64,000 bases of DNA, from positions 540,181 through 604,180 of the forward strand of contig NW_003314311.1 of the NCBI RefSeq assembly GCF_000143415.4, read 5' to 3'. Below, piece after piece: positions 61,363 to 64,000 of the stretch. Within the stretch, counting starts at the first letter, position 1, and the number at the start of each line of letters is the position of its first letter. Made by a program: the position numbers and the translations under genes. Below the pieces are notes generated by a model. The model had not been told where the DNA came from. It worked only from the letters and a program-made list of their open reading frames with translations, and ran no database searches. The DNA is from Selaginella moellendorffii (lineage: Eukaryota; Plantae; Lycopodiophyta).

Positions 61363-62495
61363 TTGAGATCGGGACCGAGAACGAGACCGAGGCCGAGGCC
61401 GAGACCGAGCCCGAGCCCGAGTCCGAGTCCGAGTCCGAGTCCGAGTCCGAGTTCGAGTCTGAGAGGGTGAAAGCCCAAAGCGTTCGTCTCCCAGACCCTG
61501 GGGGGTTTGGTGAGCTCCAAAAGTATAGTAAGGGGAGGACTGCAGTGGAGCCAGTTTGGCCAGGAAAGGCCAGTTTGGCCAGGAAAGGCCAGTTTGGCCA
61601 GGAAAGGCCAGTTTGGCCCAGGAAGGCCGGACCCAGTGTTGGGTGATGAGCTGCCCACTGGGAAGTCCAAGACTAGAGTGAACACAGACCGACAAGCGGG
61701 GTAGCTTGGTGAAGTGTTCAAGAGCCGGCTCTAGTTCCCCCGGGAGATCGACTGGCCGATGCTCCCAGTCCAAGTGTGGGTGGCACTACCTACTTGGATA
61801 CCTGGTGTGGCTCAACGGAACCCGCTCTAAGCCCATGGCTAGAGCACCCAAGGGCAGAAGGCGAGGAGAGTACCCAGGTGGCTTGCGTAAGGCCACGGTG
61901 CTCCGAAATGTTGTCCCAAAGGCCCAGACTGTGGAAAGGAAGAGGAGCAGTCCTCTGGGGTAGTGACCAAGGACACAGTCGTGTGGTGAGGAAGTCCCAG
62001 AGGACCGTGGGACTTAGTGGTCGGGCCTGTGGGTCTCGATCCAGTGGCAGTGTTGGCAAACACGGCCAGGGGCAGAAAGGGACTTAGTGGGGACTGACAA
62101 AGGGATATTGGGGAAGGCTATTCCCCTTGTCGGTGGGCATCCTAAGGATGCTAAGGAGTGGATCTGAGATGACCACTCACGGATGGTTTGCCTAGTCTTG
62201 GAAAGCCAAGACGGTGATGCAAGTGGTATTGGACTACCAGTGTGGCAAAGGTGATTGGGCATGGCCTTAGCGTAATGGGCTGCTATGTCGGTGGTACCTT
62301 TGAGTGTTGGTCATGGGATCGGACACGTGGAGCACTTGGACCAAGTGCAAATGTTGAGTGGCATGGATGCCATTCTCGGGGCTAGCAAGTCCCAAGTCCT
62401 GGATTGGACTTATGGAGGTTGTGAATGAGACTCCTCCAAGTGGTCAGAGGTGTGGTTAAGTGACTAAAGTAGAATGGAAAATTTAGTTGCTTACA
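60464..62495 (+). mobile_element. 5' LTR (about 2.03 kb) of an LTR retrotransposon
   Basis: Inverted termini TGTAAGCAACTAAA..TTTAGTTGCTTACA, followed by a tRNA-iMet-type PBS TGGTATCGGAGC (62499-62510). Confidence 0.88.
60874..61460. repeat. Minisatellite inside the LTR (GAGTCCGAGATG 12-mer, 39-bp higher-order units, GAGACC/GAGTCC hexamers)
   Basis: Directly visible. A separate 19-bp repeat CCAGTTTGGCCAGGAAAGG occurs about four times at 61551-61627. Confidence 0.93.
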
Positions 62496-63632
62496 ATTTG
62501 GTATCGGAGCTGTTCCTTAGTCCGACTTTTATTGGTGCTCAAGTATATCACCACTAGTGTTGGCATCGGAAGGTCCGAGGAGTGGGCCTATCCTTGAGGA
62601 GTAGCAAGTCGGGAAGACATGGCTCTCCATTACAGTTCATGTGTGAACTTGTAGACGAGGTGGTGGATAGAAAAGGGCCAATAATGGAACGACTTTGGGA
62701 TCTTGGAAACAGTGCAAGGTTTTCCTCATTGAGTTGAGGATGTGATCCGGATGAGCATTTGTCTCAGCAAATTGGCTAAGGTTGTTGTGGTAAACAACTA
62801 AAGTTGGGATCACGGGAAAGATAGAGACTCCAAAACAATAAAGGAGTCACAAGATTATCCTCATATAGTTGAGGTTGGTGCTCATGAATGTGAGACCAGA
62901 GGTAATGACCGTGGGAGGTCAAATACGGAAGAGGACTCAAGTCCTTGAAATGGTAGCCGAGGCTACCTTTAATAAATGCTGGAACAACCCAAGGAGTTGG
63001 GGGTTGTACTTAGAGATGAGTGGTATTCTCATCGCATGGACAAGTAGTCCTAAGGAGCAAAAGTTGCCCCCAGAGAACAAAATCAAGTGTCGGAGTAACA
63101 CTTGTGAAAATAGTCCTTTTGAGTAGGACAGGAATGCAAGAAGTGTATTCCAGTGAGCTAGTGCCTCACAAGTAGGACCTTAAGGGTTTGTGGATTAACC
63201 AAGTCCAAAACTGCTGATGACTCAAGTAGAGTCAAGGGATGGTCCTAAAAGGACTGATGGAAGCATTTGGACTGAGGTGTGTTGTACCCCACAAAGGATG
63301 GGGGGGGGATCATAGGATCCAAGGATGAGAACAAAGGGTATCTCATCGATGGCAAAATGTGCCATGTTAAAGTTATGGGAAAGGTGTTCTCAGAAGAAAA
63401 CAACTTTGACACAAAGTTGTGTGTGACCTCTATGGTGCAGTGCTAACGGATGGTTGGCATGAGAAAGAGCGGTGTTGGTCTTAGCAAAAACATAAACACG
63501 AAGGGGAAGTGTCATAGAGGTAGGCTTGTGGAGCCGATGGTGTGGAGACACCAAATGTGCCAAGGTGTGATACCTTAAGGCTTTGTTGGTGGGTTCATGA
63601 GAACCCCTTGCCAAAGGAATCCCAATGGAAAT
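62496..63632 (+). mobile_element. Decayed internal (gag-position) region of the LTR retrotransposon
   Basis: Follows the PBS, purine-rich with broken frames, and is interrupted at 63633. Confidence 0.55.
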
Positions 63633-64000
63633 AAGCTCTATTTCGTTAAAGTGGGAATTGTCATTATCCCACTTGTAAAATAAGGTTTCCAAACCTTTAT
63701 ATAGTATATAAATATAACAAAATTCAACTGCATTGAGGCACATGCCATTTTATTTTAAACAAGGAAATGTCTACTCAATCACTTCTCACTGCTTCACCTC
63801 TCTCTTCTCCTTGTCATTGTCGTCCAATTTCTTTCCATCCTTTTAATATTGGCTCAGTTGCTCCGAGTCTAGGTGGAGCCCAAGTCCCCATTCAATCTTT
63901 ACTTTCCCCTTATTAATAAAACAACTTCGTAGACTTCCAATAACATGCTGTAACACTTCTAGTATAATGCAAATCCTCTCAAAGAATTGTCTTTTAATAT
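63633..64000 (+). mobile_element. End of a second copy of the Sola-like element, in inverted orientation and running off the window
   Basis: Near-identical reverse complement of about 56373-56751 (one 11-bp deletion). Starts exactly at the TIR AAGCTCTATTTCG and is preceded by AAAT (63629-63632). Confidence 0.93.

Noticed and set aside
60755-61773. Long ORFs on both strands over the LTR minisatellite
   Set aside because: They are by-products of stop-free repeats whose unit lengths are multiples of 3.

Overview
Eukaryotic land-plant nuclear DNA. Very short GT-AG introns, a compact gene layout and a PLS/DYW PPR gene suggest a Selaginella-like lycophyte (inference). Bases 1-16 kb are gene-dense: VAL/HSI2-like B3 repressor, DYW-type PPR, WRAP73, RPL5, pectate lyase, Mpv17/PMP22 and a pentapeptide-repeat protein. 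Bases 16-33 kb hold mostly decayed genes (split P450, PPR fragments, F-box-like gene, AXS pseudogene) and a complete but decayed hAT element with an 8-bp TSD. Bases 34.8-64 kb are a nest of transposons. A ~25.6-kb MULE-like element is interrupted inside its transposase by a 13.9-kb Sola-like element (24-bp TIRs, AAAT TSD). It is followed by an LTR retrotransposon carrying the end of a second copy of the Sola-like family. The main observation is that the two unrelated DNA transposons carry a parallel cargo set: an intron-containing gene for a ParB-like domain fused to a beta-class DNA amino-methyltransferase-like domain, plus a homologous ~85-aa micro-protein. The Sola-like element is also studded with about 30 copies of a 22-bp palindrome (ATGGCRTG-N6-CAYGCCAT), including one in each of several tiny introns, which resembles a ParB/parS-type self-recognition system. 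The MULE also carries two small proteins with SGS3-like zinc fingers. Domain calls come from visual motif recognition only, and novelty has not been checked against any database.
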